This document shows positions 8,626 to 16,753 of a stretch of DNA of 16,753 nucleotides, piece after piece. The notes under the pieces are model-generated. The model searched no databases, had not been told where the DNA came from, and saw only the letters and a program-made list of their open reading frames with translations. This DNA comes from Caecitellus pseudoparvulus (lineage: Eukaryota > Protista > Bigyra: Bicosoecida). The first letter of the stretch is position 1. Each line of letters begins with the position of its first letter. The translations under genes and the position numbers were made by a program. The stretch lies in contig CBFFRQ010000183.1 of the NCBI GenBank assembly GCA_965644315.1, positions 1 through 16,753 of the forward strand, given 5' to 3'.

Positions 8626-8777
8626 ATTGGCGGGTGCCGAAAGGAGGCGTCCCCTCCCCCAAGAGATGCAGCGAGCCCTGGTGGCCGCTGGCATAGAGGG
8701 GGGAGGGGACGGCCTCGAGGCGGGCCCAGTTCAATGCATTTCGATTGCCACGCACAACGCACCAACACGAGGGAACC
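8626..8777 (+). repeat. Split direct repeat B, copy 2 (right terminus)
   Basis: Identical to 8288-8439 (offset 338); followed directly by host ankyrin sequence. Confidence 0.95.
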
Positions 8778-8977
8778 TCCTTGCCTGTGTGGACCTGCGT
8801 GAGGAAGTGGTGCGGGAGCTGCTTGGCCTCACTGGGCACCGAGCCATTTCCGTCCAGACACGTCATCGAGCGGGCGAGTTCGCTGTGCAGCCTGGCAAGG
8901 ACGCGGTGTGGGGTGGCACCAGCACCCGGCAGGGTCGCAGGGCTATGGTGCTGCTGCGGTCTGCGGTGAGGGCGTGA
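8778..8977 (+). pseudogene. Ankyrin-repeat protein type B copy 1, displaced 3' part
   Basis: tccttgcctgtgtggacctgcgtgaggaa...gtgagggcgtga matches B2 13519-13718; encodes LACVDLREEVVRELL...RSAVRA*. Confidence 0.9.
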
Positions 8978-9513
8978 GAGCTACCGCGGACACGGGCGGG
9001 CCAAACGTTGGCGTGTCTGGCGGGCCAGGCTGCATGCTGCACCGGGGGGGTCTCCACGAGCAGAGTCAGCAGTGGGATGGTTGTTGTGCGGCGAGGGATT
9101 GGAGATTTGAGGTGCCTGCGTCGCTGGGAGGCTGTGGCTTGAGCACAGGTAGTGGTGAGTGTGAGTTCTGGGCGGGCCCCGTGGCTGGGCCGTGGCTTGG
9201 CGGGGTGTAGTGCAGGGCTCCCAGGCAGGCAGGGGTGCCATGGCGTGTGACAGTGCTTGGGCATGGTGGGTGGCAGTGCTGGTGGGGTGAGACGTGGCAG
9301 CGGGGTCAGCCCACGGTGCCCTGGAGCGCTGTGTCGGAGCCTGGTATCATTGGGAGTTCAGACAGCAATGCAGACCAGGGAGGTTGGTCAGTGTCTTGAC
9401 TTTGTCAAAAACTTCACCCCCATCTTCAACATATGTCGGAAATATGAATGCAGAAAGTCGTGCGGTGCTGGGCTGAGCTGCCTGTGCCACTTGCGCGGGT
9501 GAGTTTGGTTGGC

Positions 9514-9553
9514 AAGTGCGGAAAGTGCGGAAAGTGGAGCCACCACGCCATGG
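9514..9553 (+). promoter_or_regulatory. Conserved pre-ATG motif (A2), with 9-bp internal duplication
   Basis: aagtgcggaaagtgcggaaagtggagccaccacgccATGg. Confidence 0.6.
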
Positions 9554-11724
9554 CCGATGGCAGCGAGAGGCCGTCATTGGCGGGGCGATGGAAGGCAGCA
9601 TGTGATGATGAGGATGCAGATGCGCTACTGAGTATACTTGGGGAGTGTGGGGATGGGGCAGGCGGGGGGCTGGGTGGGTTGTCAAGTGCGGAGACAACGG
9701 CTGGCTTTTTTGTTGCTTGCAAGGTAGGGCACGTTGGGCTGCTGCGTGAGGTGTTGGCGTTGGAGGGGGAGGTTGTTATGGATGTGCACGCTGGAGACGA
9801 GGATGGGCCTGAGGCTGGCTTCCGGTTTGCTTGTCGTAATGGCCATGCTGATGCGGTGCGGGAGCTGCTGGCTCTGACGGGTGACCGTGAGATCAATGTG
9901 CATGCTGGGCCAGAGGGTTATCCTGAGGCAGGGTTGCAGGATGCCTGTGAGTATGGGCACGTCGACGTGGTTCGAGAGCTGTTGGCTTTGACTGGACATC
10001 GAGAGGTTGACGTGCACGTGGTGTCTGAGGGCGAGCCTGAGTCCATATTGATGGCTGCCTGCTTCAATGGGCATACGGATGTGCTGCGTGAACTGTTGGC
10101 TTTGTCCGGCCATCGAGCAGTGGACGTGCATGCGGCATTCAAAGGCTATCCCGAGGCTGCGTTCAGGTTTGCCTGCCAGAGGGGACATGCGGCTGTGGTA
10201 TGTGAGCTTTTATCTTTGTCAGGCGACCGCGCCGTTGATGTGCATGCAGGTGATATGTGTGGTCCCGAGGCTGGCTTGTGCGCTGCATGCGAGAATGGAC
10301 ATGTCAACGTGGTGCGCGAGCTTCTGGCTTTGACCGGGCCTCGTGAAGTGGACGTGCATGCAGGGCCCATGGGGTATCCTGAGGCTGGCTTTCGGGCAGC
10401 CTGTGAGAGTGGACACCTTGATGTGGTGCGTGAACTGTTGGCTTTGTGTGGACACCGGGAGGTTGACGTGCATGCCGGATCCCTGTGTGGCCCTGAGGCA
10501 GGTTTCCAGCGTGCATGCCAGTATGGGCACGTGTCTGTAGTGCGTGAGCTCCTGGCTTTGAAAGGTGACCGTGAAGTGGATGTACACGCTGGCCCTGAGG
10601 GTGGGTCTGAAGGCGCATTCATCGCTGCATGCGGAAATGGCCACGTGGACGTGGTGCGCGAGTTGCTGGCCCTTTGCGGGCATCGCGCTGTGAATGTGCA
10701 CGCCTGTCGCAATAATGCCTTCCTAGGCGCTTGTGAGCATGGCCACGTGCAGGTTGTACGTGAGCTTCTGATGCTAACTGGTAGCCAAACAGTAGATGTG
10801 CATGTGGCGGGCTGGGACAGGGTACCAGAGGCTGGATTTCGGCGCGCATGTGCCTATGGGCACATTGAGGTGGTGCGCGAGCTGCTCGCCCTGAGGGGCG
10901 ACCGTGAGATCGACGTGCATGCTGGGCGAGAGGACGAGCCTGAAGCCGCATTTATTGCTGCCTGTGGGAGCGGGCACATTGATGTTGTGCGTGAGCTGCT
11001 GGCTTTGACGGGCGCTCGGGAAGTGGACGTGCATACTGGGCGAGAGGACGAGCCTGAAGCCGCATTTATTGCTGCCTGTGGGAGCGGGCACATTGATGTT
11101 GTGCGTGAGCTGCTGGCTTTGACGGGCGCTCGGGAAGTGGACGTGCATACTGGGCGAGAGGACGAGCCTGAAGCCGCATTTATTGCTGCCTGTGGGAGCG
11201 GGCACATTGATGTTGTGCGTGAGCTGCTGGCTTTGACGGGCGCTCGGGAAGTGGACGTTCACGCTGGGCTGGGAGGCAAGCCTGAGGGTGGCTTTCGCCT
11301 TGCTTGTCAGAGGGGGCATGTGGAGGTTGTGCGCGAGCTGCTGGCGCTAACAGGACATCGAGAAGTGGATGTGCATGGTGGGCCCGATGGCAAGCCTGAG
11401 TATGGCTTTCGCCTTGCCTGTAAATTTGGACACACGGCTGTGGTGCGCGAGCTGCTGGCTTTGAGCGGGCACCGTGAGGTGGACGTGTGTGCTGGGCCTG
11501 CAGGAAAGTCACATGCTGGTTTCCGGTTTGCTTGCAAGAATGCCCATGTGGATGTGATGCGTGAGCTGCTTAGCCTGTCTGGACACCGAGCCATCCCACT
11601 CCGAGCACGCCTTGACGCAGGACAGGTGGCTGTGCAGCCGGCCAAAGATGCGGCCTGGGGCGGCACGTGCACTCGTCAGGGCAGGCGCAGCATGTTGCTG
11701 CATCGGGCTGCTGGAGTGAGCTGA
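9550..11724 (+). CDS. Ankyrin-repeat protein type A copy 2 (724 aa, ~17 repeats)
   Basis: Start chosen at the conserved cacgccATGg (MADGSERPSL...), not the track's 9448. Continuous ORF of ankyrin-like repeats with the type-A C-terminus. Confidence 0.9.
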   Translation: MADGSERPSLAGRWKAACDDEDADALLSILGECGDGAGGGLGGLSSAETTAGFFVACKVGHVGLLREVLALEGEVVMDVHAGDEDGPEAGFRFACRNGHADAVRELLALTGDREINVHAGPEGYPEAGLQDACEYGHVDVVRELLALTGHREVDVHVVSEGEPESILMAACFNGHTDVLRELLALSGHRAVDVHAAFKGYPEAAFRFACQRGHAAVVCELLSLSGDRAVDVHAGDMCGPEAGLCAACENGHVNVVRELLALTGPREVDVHAGPMGYPEAGFRAACESGHLDVVRELLALCGHREVDVHAGSLCGPEAGFQRACQYGHVSVVRELLALKGDREVDVHAGPEGGSEGAFIAACGNGHVDVVRELLALCGHRAVNVHACRNNAFLGACEHGHVQVVRELLMLTGSQTVDVHVAGWDRVPEAGFRRACAYGHIEVVRELLALRGDREIDVHAGREDEPEAAFIAACGSGHIDVVRELLALTGAREVDVHTGREDEPEAAFIAACGSGHIDVVRELLALTGAREVDVHTGREDEPEAAFIAACGSGHIDVVRELLALTGAREVDVHAGLGGKPEGGFRLACQRGHVEVVRELLALTGHREVDVHGGPDGKPEYGFRLACKFGHTAVVRELLALSGHREVDVCAGPAGKSHAGFRFACKNAHVDVMRELLSLSGHRAIPLRARLDAGQVAVQPAKDAAWGGTCTRQGRRSMLLHRAAGVS
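10912..11258 (+). repeat. Three tandem 114-bp ankyrin units, identical except one base
   Basis: Units start at 10912, 11026 and 11140 (GREDEPEAAFIAACGSGHIDVVRELLALTGAREVDVH); g10921 versus a11035/a11149. Confidence 0.92.
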
Positions 11725-12685
11725 TTGCAGTGGGTTTGGCGGCATGGTGGCCACCATGGGCCGTGGAGTGCGCTGAGTCCACGGCTGCACGTAGCAATAC
11801 AGGCTGCCTTGGCCTGTCATGGCCCTGCCCACCACTGGCCTTTGCTCATTCCGTTGGAGTCTGTGCTCGCGCGCCCGCTGGCGCGTGCGGTCTCAGTGAC
11901 TGGCTCCGGGCAGCGCCCGATCCGTGTGCACAGGGTGGCTGGCTGGGGGGTTAACGACTTGGCCGCAGTGCAGGCCTCCAAGCCAAACTTGCACCGCACG
12001 GTGCACATGCGTGCACAAGGAGCACATGACTTGCGTAGAGGCTCCTGTGTGTGTCAGTCGGTCAGCAATGTCATCGTGCAGTGGGGTGGAAGTGCGGAAA
12101 CTGGAGCCACCACGCCATGGCCAATGGCAGCGGCGGTGAGAGGCGGTGGCTGGATCGCTGGACAGCAGCTTGTACCGCCAAGGATGTGGAGGGCATGTTC
12201 ATGCTGCTGAAGGATGACGCTGGTGGCGACAAGGGAGGCATGGGGCCCCAGGAGGCGTCCACCGTGTCACATGCCGCTGCTGTGGCTTGTGACCAGTGTG
12301 ACGCTGGGGTGTTTCGGGAGCTATGGGGCGTGATTGCGGAGCGTGGCCTGGGCGTGAAGGCGCTGAGCTTCGTGTACATGGCAGCATGTGCGGGCGGGCA
12401 CGTGGACGTAGTGCGCGAGCTGCTGGCGCTGACGGGCGATCGAGCGGTGGATGTGCATGCTGAGGATCAGAATGGACCAGAGGCTGCCTTTCGGTTTGCC
12501 TGTGAGAGGGGCCATGTGGCAGTGGTGCGCGAACTGTTAGCTCTGAGTGGTAGTCGGGAAGTTGATGTGCACGCTGGTGACCGGGATGGAGCTGAGGCTG
12601 CATTTCGGTGTGCCTGCGAAAATGGACATGCCCATGTTGTACGAGAGCTACTAGGTTTGAGCGGTCAGCGCGAGGTGGATGTTCA
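11251..12685 (+). repeat. Near-identical segmental duplication (A 3' end + spacer + B 5' end), partner 15079-16513
   Basis: Offset 3828; only about five substitutions seen by eye over ~1.43 kb, including the non-coding spacer. Confidence 0.9.
12088..12120 (+). promoter_or_regulatory. Conserved pre-ATG motif (B2)
   Basis: ggaagtgcggaaactggagccaccacgccATGg. Confidence 0.6.
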
Positions 12686-13718
12686 TGCTGGACTTTGGGG
12701 TGGCCCAGAAGCCGCCTTTCGCCTTGCGTGCATGCGAGGGCATGTGGACGTGGTGCGGGAGCTGCTGGAGCTGAAGGGGCATCGTGAAATCAATGTGCAC
12801 GCTGGCGATAGCAGCTTTCCGGAGGAAGGATTTCGGCTTGCCTGTAAGTTTGGTCACGTGGCTGTGGTGCGCGAGCTGTTGGCTCTGAGTGGTGGTCGGG
12901 AAGTTGACGTGCACGCGGTTGACCGGGATGGAGCTGAGGCTGGTTTCCGGGCTGCTTGTGAGCACGGGCATGTGGAAGTGGTTCAAGTCTTGCTGACACT
13001 GAAGGGTGATCGCGAGGTAGATGTTCACGCCGGGCCTGACGGCGAAGCTGAGTATACTTTCAGAGTTGCTTGTGAAAACGGACATGCAGATGTAGTGCGC
13101 GAGCTACTGGCACTGAGCGGCCATCGAAAGGTGGATGTGCGCGCAGGGAGTTTGGCTCAGCCTGAGGCCGCCTTCCTGGCCGCGTGCAGAGGTGGGAGTT
13201 TGGACGTGGTTCGTGAGCTGCTGGCTCTGACGGGCGATCGAGCTGTGGATGTTCACGCCGGACCTGAGGGTGTGTCTGACGTTGGCTTCCAGCTTGCCTG
13301 CAAGAATGGCCATGTGGACGTAGTGCGAGAATTACTCGCTCTGACTGGTCCGCGTGAAGTTGATGTGCATGCGGGGCGTTGGGACTGGCCAGAGTATGCT
13401 TTTCAGGCTGCCTGTGAGGAAGGGCACGTGGATGTGGTTCGCGAGCTGCTTGCGCTGAGCGGACCCCGCGAGATCGACGTGCACGCTGGACCTGAAGGCA
13501 AGCCAGACGCTGGCTTCCTCCTTGCCTGTGTGGACCTGCGTGAGGAAGTGGTGCGGGAGCTGCTTGGCCTCACTGGGCACCGAGCCATTTCTGTCCAGAC
13601 ACGTCATCGAGCGGGCGAGTTTGCGGTGCAGCCTGGCAAGGACGCGGTGTGGGGTGGCACAAGCACCCGGCAGGGTCGCAGGGCCATGGTGCAGCTGCGG
13701 TCTGCGGTGAGGGCGTGA
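12117..13718 (+). CDS. Ankyrin-repeat protein type B copy 2 (533 aa, ~11 repeats), intact; empty-site paralog of B1
   Basis: Start at conserved cacgccATGg (MANGSGGERRWLDRW...); continuous ORF ending RSAVRA*. Confidence 0.9.
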   Translation: MANGSGGERRWLDRWTAACTAKDVEGMFMLLKDDAGGDKGGMGPQEASTVSHAAAVACDQCDAGVFRELWGVIAERGLGVKALSFVYMAACAGGHVDVVRELLALTGDRAVDVHAEDQNGPEAAFRFACERGHVAVVRELLALSGSREVDVHAGDRDGAEAAFRCACENGHAHVVRELLGLSGQREVDVHAGLWGGPEAAFRLACMRGHVDVVRELLELKGHREINVHAGDSSFPEEGFRLACKFGHVAVVRELLALSGGREVDVHAVDRDGAEAGFRAACEHGHVEVVQVLLTLKGDREVDVHAGPDGEAEYTFRVACENGHADVVRELLALSGHRKVDVRAGSLAQPEAAFLAACRGGSLDVVRELLALTGDRAVDVHAGPEGVSDVGFQLACKNGHVDVVRELLALTGPREVDVHAGRWDWPEYAFQAACEEGHVDVVRELLALSGPREIDVHAGPEGKPDAGFLLACVDLREEVVRELLGLTGHRAISVQTRHRAGEFAVQPGKDAVWGGTSTRQGRRAMVQLRSAVRA

Positions 13719-14260
13719 GAGCTGCCGCGGACACGGGCGGGCCAAGCGTTGGCGTGTCCGGCGGGCCAGGCTGCACGCTGCACCGGGGGGTTCGCCCTGA
13801 GCAGAGTGAGCATGGAGATGGGTGTTGTGCAGTGAGGGATGGGAGTCACATTGGGCTGGCGTGGCTGGGAGGCTGTGGCTTGAGCGCGGGTGGTGGGGAG
13901 TGTGACTTCTGGGCGGACCCCGTGGCTGGGCCGTGGCGGGGCGGGACGTAGTGCAGGGGTACCAGGCAGGCAGGGGTGCCATGGCGTGTGACAGTGCTTG
14001 GGCATGGCGGGTGGCAGTGCTGGTGGGGTGAGACGTGGCAGTGGGGTCAGCCCACGGTGCCCTGGAGCGCTGTGTCGGAGCCTGGTATCGTTGGGAGTTC
14101 AGATAGCAATGCAGACCAGGGAGGTTGGTCAGTGTCTTGACTTTGTCAAAAGCACCGCCCCCATCTTCAAAGCATGTCTGTCATGGGGCTGCAGAAAGTC
14201 GTGCGGTGCTGGGCTGAGCCGCCTGTGCCGCTTGTGTGGGCGAGTTGGTTGGTGTGTGTG

Positions 14261-14293
14261 GGAAGTGCGGAAAGTGGAGCCACCACGCCATGG
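14261..14293 (+). promoter_or_regulatory. Conserved pre-ATG motif (A3)
   Basis: ggaagtgcggaaagtggagccaccacgccATGg. Confidence 0.6.
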
Positions 14294-15552
14294 CCGATGG
14301 CAGCGAGAGGCCGTCATTGGTGGGGCGATGGAAGGCAGCATGTGATGGTGAGCAGGCAGATGTACTGCTGAGGATACTGGGGGAGTGTGGGGATGGGGCA
14401 GGCGGGGGCCTGGGAGGGTTGTCAAGTGTCGAGACGACGGCTGGCTTTTTGGTGGCTTGCAGGGTAGGGCACATTTGGCTGCTGCGTGCGCTGCTGGCAT
14501 TGGAGGGGGAGCTTGCTGTGGATGTGCACGTGGCAGAACGTTTGGGGCCTGAGGCTGGCTTCCGGGCTGCCTGTTACTATGGGCATGTGGCTGTGGTGCG
14601 CGAGCTTTTGGAGTTGAGTGGGAGCCGTTGTGTGGATGTGCATGCTGGGCCTGAGGGTGAACCTGAGGCTGGTTTCCGGATGGCCTGCCAGGAAGGCCAG
14701 TTGCATGTAGTGCGGGAGCTGCTGGCTCTACGCGGAAATCGAGCCGTGAATGTGCACGCTTGCAACAACTATGCCTTCCGGTTGGCTTGTGACCATGGCC
14801 ACTTGCAAGTTGTGCGTGAGCTGCTGTTGGTTACCGGCAGCCAAGCAGTGGATGTGCATGTGGAGGGCTGGGACAGCGTACCAGAGGCTGCTTTTCGGCG
14901 CGCATGTGTTAATGGGCACATTGACGTGGTTCGTGAGCTGCTGTCTCTGACTGGCGACTGTGAGATCGATGTGCATGCTGGGCGAGAGGACGAGCCTGAA
15001 GCGGCATTTATTGCTGCTTGTGGGGGCGGGTACATTGATGTTGTGCGTGAGCTGCTTGCCCTCAGCGGTGACCGTGCAGTGGACGTTCACGCTGGGCTGG
15101 GAGGCAAGCCTGAGGGTGGCTTTCGCCTTGCTTGTCAGAGGGGGCATGTGGAGGTTGTGCGCGAGCTGCTGGCGCTAACAGGACATCGAGAAGTGGATGT
15201 GCATGGTGGGCCCGATGGCAAGCCTGAGTATGGCTTTCGCCTTGCCTGTAAATTTGGACACACGGCTGTGGTGCGCGAGCTGCTGGCTTTGAGCGGGCAT
15301 CGTGAGGTGGACGTGTGTGCTGGGCCTGCAGGAAAGTCACATGCTGGTTTCCGGTTTGCTTGCAAGAATGCCCATGTGGATGTGATGCGTGAGCTGCTTG
15401 GCCTGTCTGGACACCGAGCCATCCCACTCCGAGCACGCCTTGACGCAGGACAGGTGGCTGTGCAGCCGGCCAAAGATGCGGCCTGGGGCGGCACGTGCAC
15501 TCGTCAGGGCAGGCGCAGCATGTTGCTGCATCGGGCTGCTGGAGTGAGCTGA
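14290..15552 (+). CDS. Ankyrin-repeat protein type A copy 3 (420 aa, ~9 repeats)
   Basis: Same N- and C-terminal caps as A2; 304 aa (8 x 38) shorter. Confidence 0.9.
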   Translation: MADGSERPSLVGRWKAACDGEQADVLLRILGECGDGAGGGLGGLSSVETTAGFLVACRVGHIWLLRALLALEGELAVDVHVAERLGPEAGFRAACYYGHVAVVRELLELSGSRCVDVHAGPEGEPEAGFRMACQEGQLHVVRELLALRGNRAVNVHACNNYAFRLACDHGHLQVVRELLLVTGSQAVDVHVEGWDSVPEAAFRRACVNGHIDVVRELLSLTGDCEIDVHAGREDEPEAAFIAACGGGYIDVVRELLALSGDRAVDVHAGLGGKPEGGFRLACQRGHVEVVRELLALTGHREVDVHGGPDGKPEYGFRLACKFGHTAVVRELLALSGHREVDVCAGPAGKSHAGFRFACKNAHVDVMRELLGLSGHRAIPLRARLDAGQVAVQPAKDAAWGGTCTRQGRRSMLLHRAAGVS

Positions 15553-15915
15553 TTGCAGTGGGTTTGGCGGCATGGTGGCCACCATGGGCCGTGGAGTGCG
15601 CTGAGTCCACGGCTGCACGTAGCAATACAGGCTGCCTTGGCCTGTCATGGCCCTGCCCACCACTGGCCTTTGCTCATTCCGTTGGAGTCTGTGCTCGCGC
15701 GCCCGCTGGCGCGTGCGGTCTCAGTGACTGGCTCCGGGCAGCGCCCGATCCGTGTGCACAGGGTGGCTGGCTGGGGGGTTAACGACTTGGCCGCAGTGCA
15801 GGCCTCCAAGCCAAACTTGCACCGCACGGTGCACATGCATTCACAAGGAGCACATGACTTGCGTAGAGGCTCCTGTGTGTGTCAGTCGGTCAGCAATGTC
15901 ATCGTGCAGTGGGGT

Positions 15916-15948
15916 GGAAGTGCGGAAACTGGAGCCACCACGCCATGG
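15916..15948 (+). promoter_or_regulatory. Conserved pre-ATG motif (B3)
   Basis: ggaagtgcggaaactggagccaccacgccATGg. Confidence 0.6.
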
Positions 15949-16753
15949 CCAATGGCAGCGGCGGTGAGAGGCGGTGGCTGGATCGCTGGACAGCAGCTTG
16001 TACCGCCAAGGATGTGGAGGGCATGTTCATGCTGCTGAAGGATGACGCTGGTGGCGACAAGGGAGGCATGGGGCCCCAGGAGGCGTCCACCGTGTCACAT
16101 GCCGCTGCTGTGGCTTGTGACCAGTGTGACGCTGGGGTGTTTCGGGAGCTATGGGGCGTGATTGCGGAGCGTGGCCTGGGCGTGAAGGCGCTGAGCTTCG
16201 TGTACATGGCAGCATGTGCGGGCGGGCACGTGGACGTAGTGCGCGAGCTGCTGGCACTGACGGGCGATCGAGCGGTGGATGTGCATGCTGAGGATCAGAA
16301 TGGACCAGAGGCTGCCTTTCGGTTTGCCTGTGAGAGGGGCCATGTGGCAGTGGTGCGCGAACTGTTAGCTCTGAGTGGTAGTCGGGAAGTTGATGTGCAC
16401 GCTGGTGACCGGGATGGAGCTGAGGCTGCATTTCGGTGTGCCTGCGAAAATGGACATGCCCATGTTGTACGAGAGCTACTAGGTTTGAGCGGTCAGCGCG
16501 AGGTGGATGTTCACGCCGGGCCTGACGGCGAAGCTGAGTATACTTTCAGGCTTGCTTGCGAAAACGGACATGCAGATGTGGTGCGCGAGCTACTGGCACT
16601 GAGCGGCCATCGAAAGGTGGATGTGCGCGCAGGGAGTTTGGCTCAGCCTGAGGCTGCCTTCTTGGCTGCATGCAGAGGTGGGAGTTTGGATGTGGTTCGG
16701 TTGCTGTAATCTCTAAGCGGCGATCGAGCTGTGGATGTGCATGCGGGGCCGGA
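15945..16753 (+). pseudogene. Ankyrin-repeat type B copy 3 with premature in-frame TAA (16707-16709); runs off window
   Basis: Nearly identical to the B2 5' end and lacks 342 bp of B2. After VVRLL* the repeat continues in frame (SLSGDRAVDVHAGP). Confidence 0.75.

Larger units (their letters stand above)
2955..8777 (+). mobile_element. Ngaro-like tyrosine-recombinase (DIRS order) retrotransposon, ~5.82 kb
   Basis: Split direct repeats in order A1-ORFs-B1-A2-B2; gag-like ORF, RT (YVDD), DIRS-type RNase H and YR in that order. Clean removal restores the host reading frame seen in paralog B2. Confidence 0.93.

Noticed and set aside
9448-9549. Upstream starts given by the ORF track (9448, 12051, 14236, 15879)
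   Set aside because: Not conserved between paralogs; the cacgccATGg start is shared by all copies.
11725-12210. Spacer ORFs (1221-1475, 11725-12210, 15553-16038, 9257-9502, 13998-14345)
   Set aside because: Non-ATG starts, and lengths/frames are not conserved between diverged spacer copies; identity of two copies reflects recent duplication.
266-16431. Numerous minus-strand and alternate-frame ORFs (e.g. 4005-5189, 5936-6910, 6504-7430, 10146-10712)
   Set aside because: Low-complexity shadow ORFs of GC-rich coding sequence, with no recognisable motifs.
1-16753. 114-bp periodicity as a CRISPR-like array
   Set aside because: Repeats are in-frame coding units with synonymous variation; no cas genes.
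1-16753. Assigning a host species
   Set aside because: Kozak-like starts, intronless GC-rich genes and a Ngaro element suggest a microbial eukaryote, but the sequence alone does not identify it.

Overview
Eukaryote-like, GC-rich, apparently intronless locus with two interleaved components. (1) A head-to-tail + strand array of two alternating ankyrin-repeat gene types, A1-B1-A2-B2-A3-B3 (A ends ...RAAGVS, B ends ...RSAVRA). The genes are built from ~38-aa (114-bp) repeats with a near-invariant scaffold and hypervariable binding-face residues, and show recent whole-repeat triplication, deletion and mosaicism. All five visible starts share a ~33-bp upstream motif. (2) A 5.8-kb Ngaro-type tyrosine-recombinase (YR) retrotransposon (2955-8777) inserted in the last repeat of B1. 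It has split direct repeats A-[gag, RT/RNase H, YR]-B-A-B, a CC crossover core and no longer target-site duplication. Its gag and pol are in the same frame, separated by one TAG followed by a GC-rich stem-loop/pseudoknot candidate, suggesting stop-codon readthrough. The RT core is offset by two compensating frameshifts at homopolymer runs. Most other ORFs in the track are shadow ORFs of GC-rich repeats.
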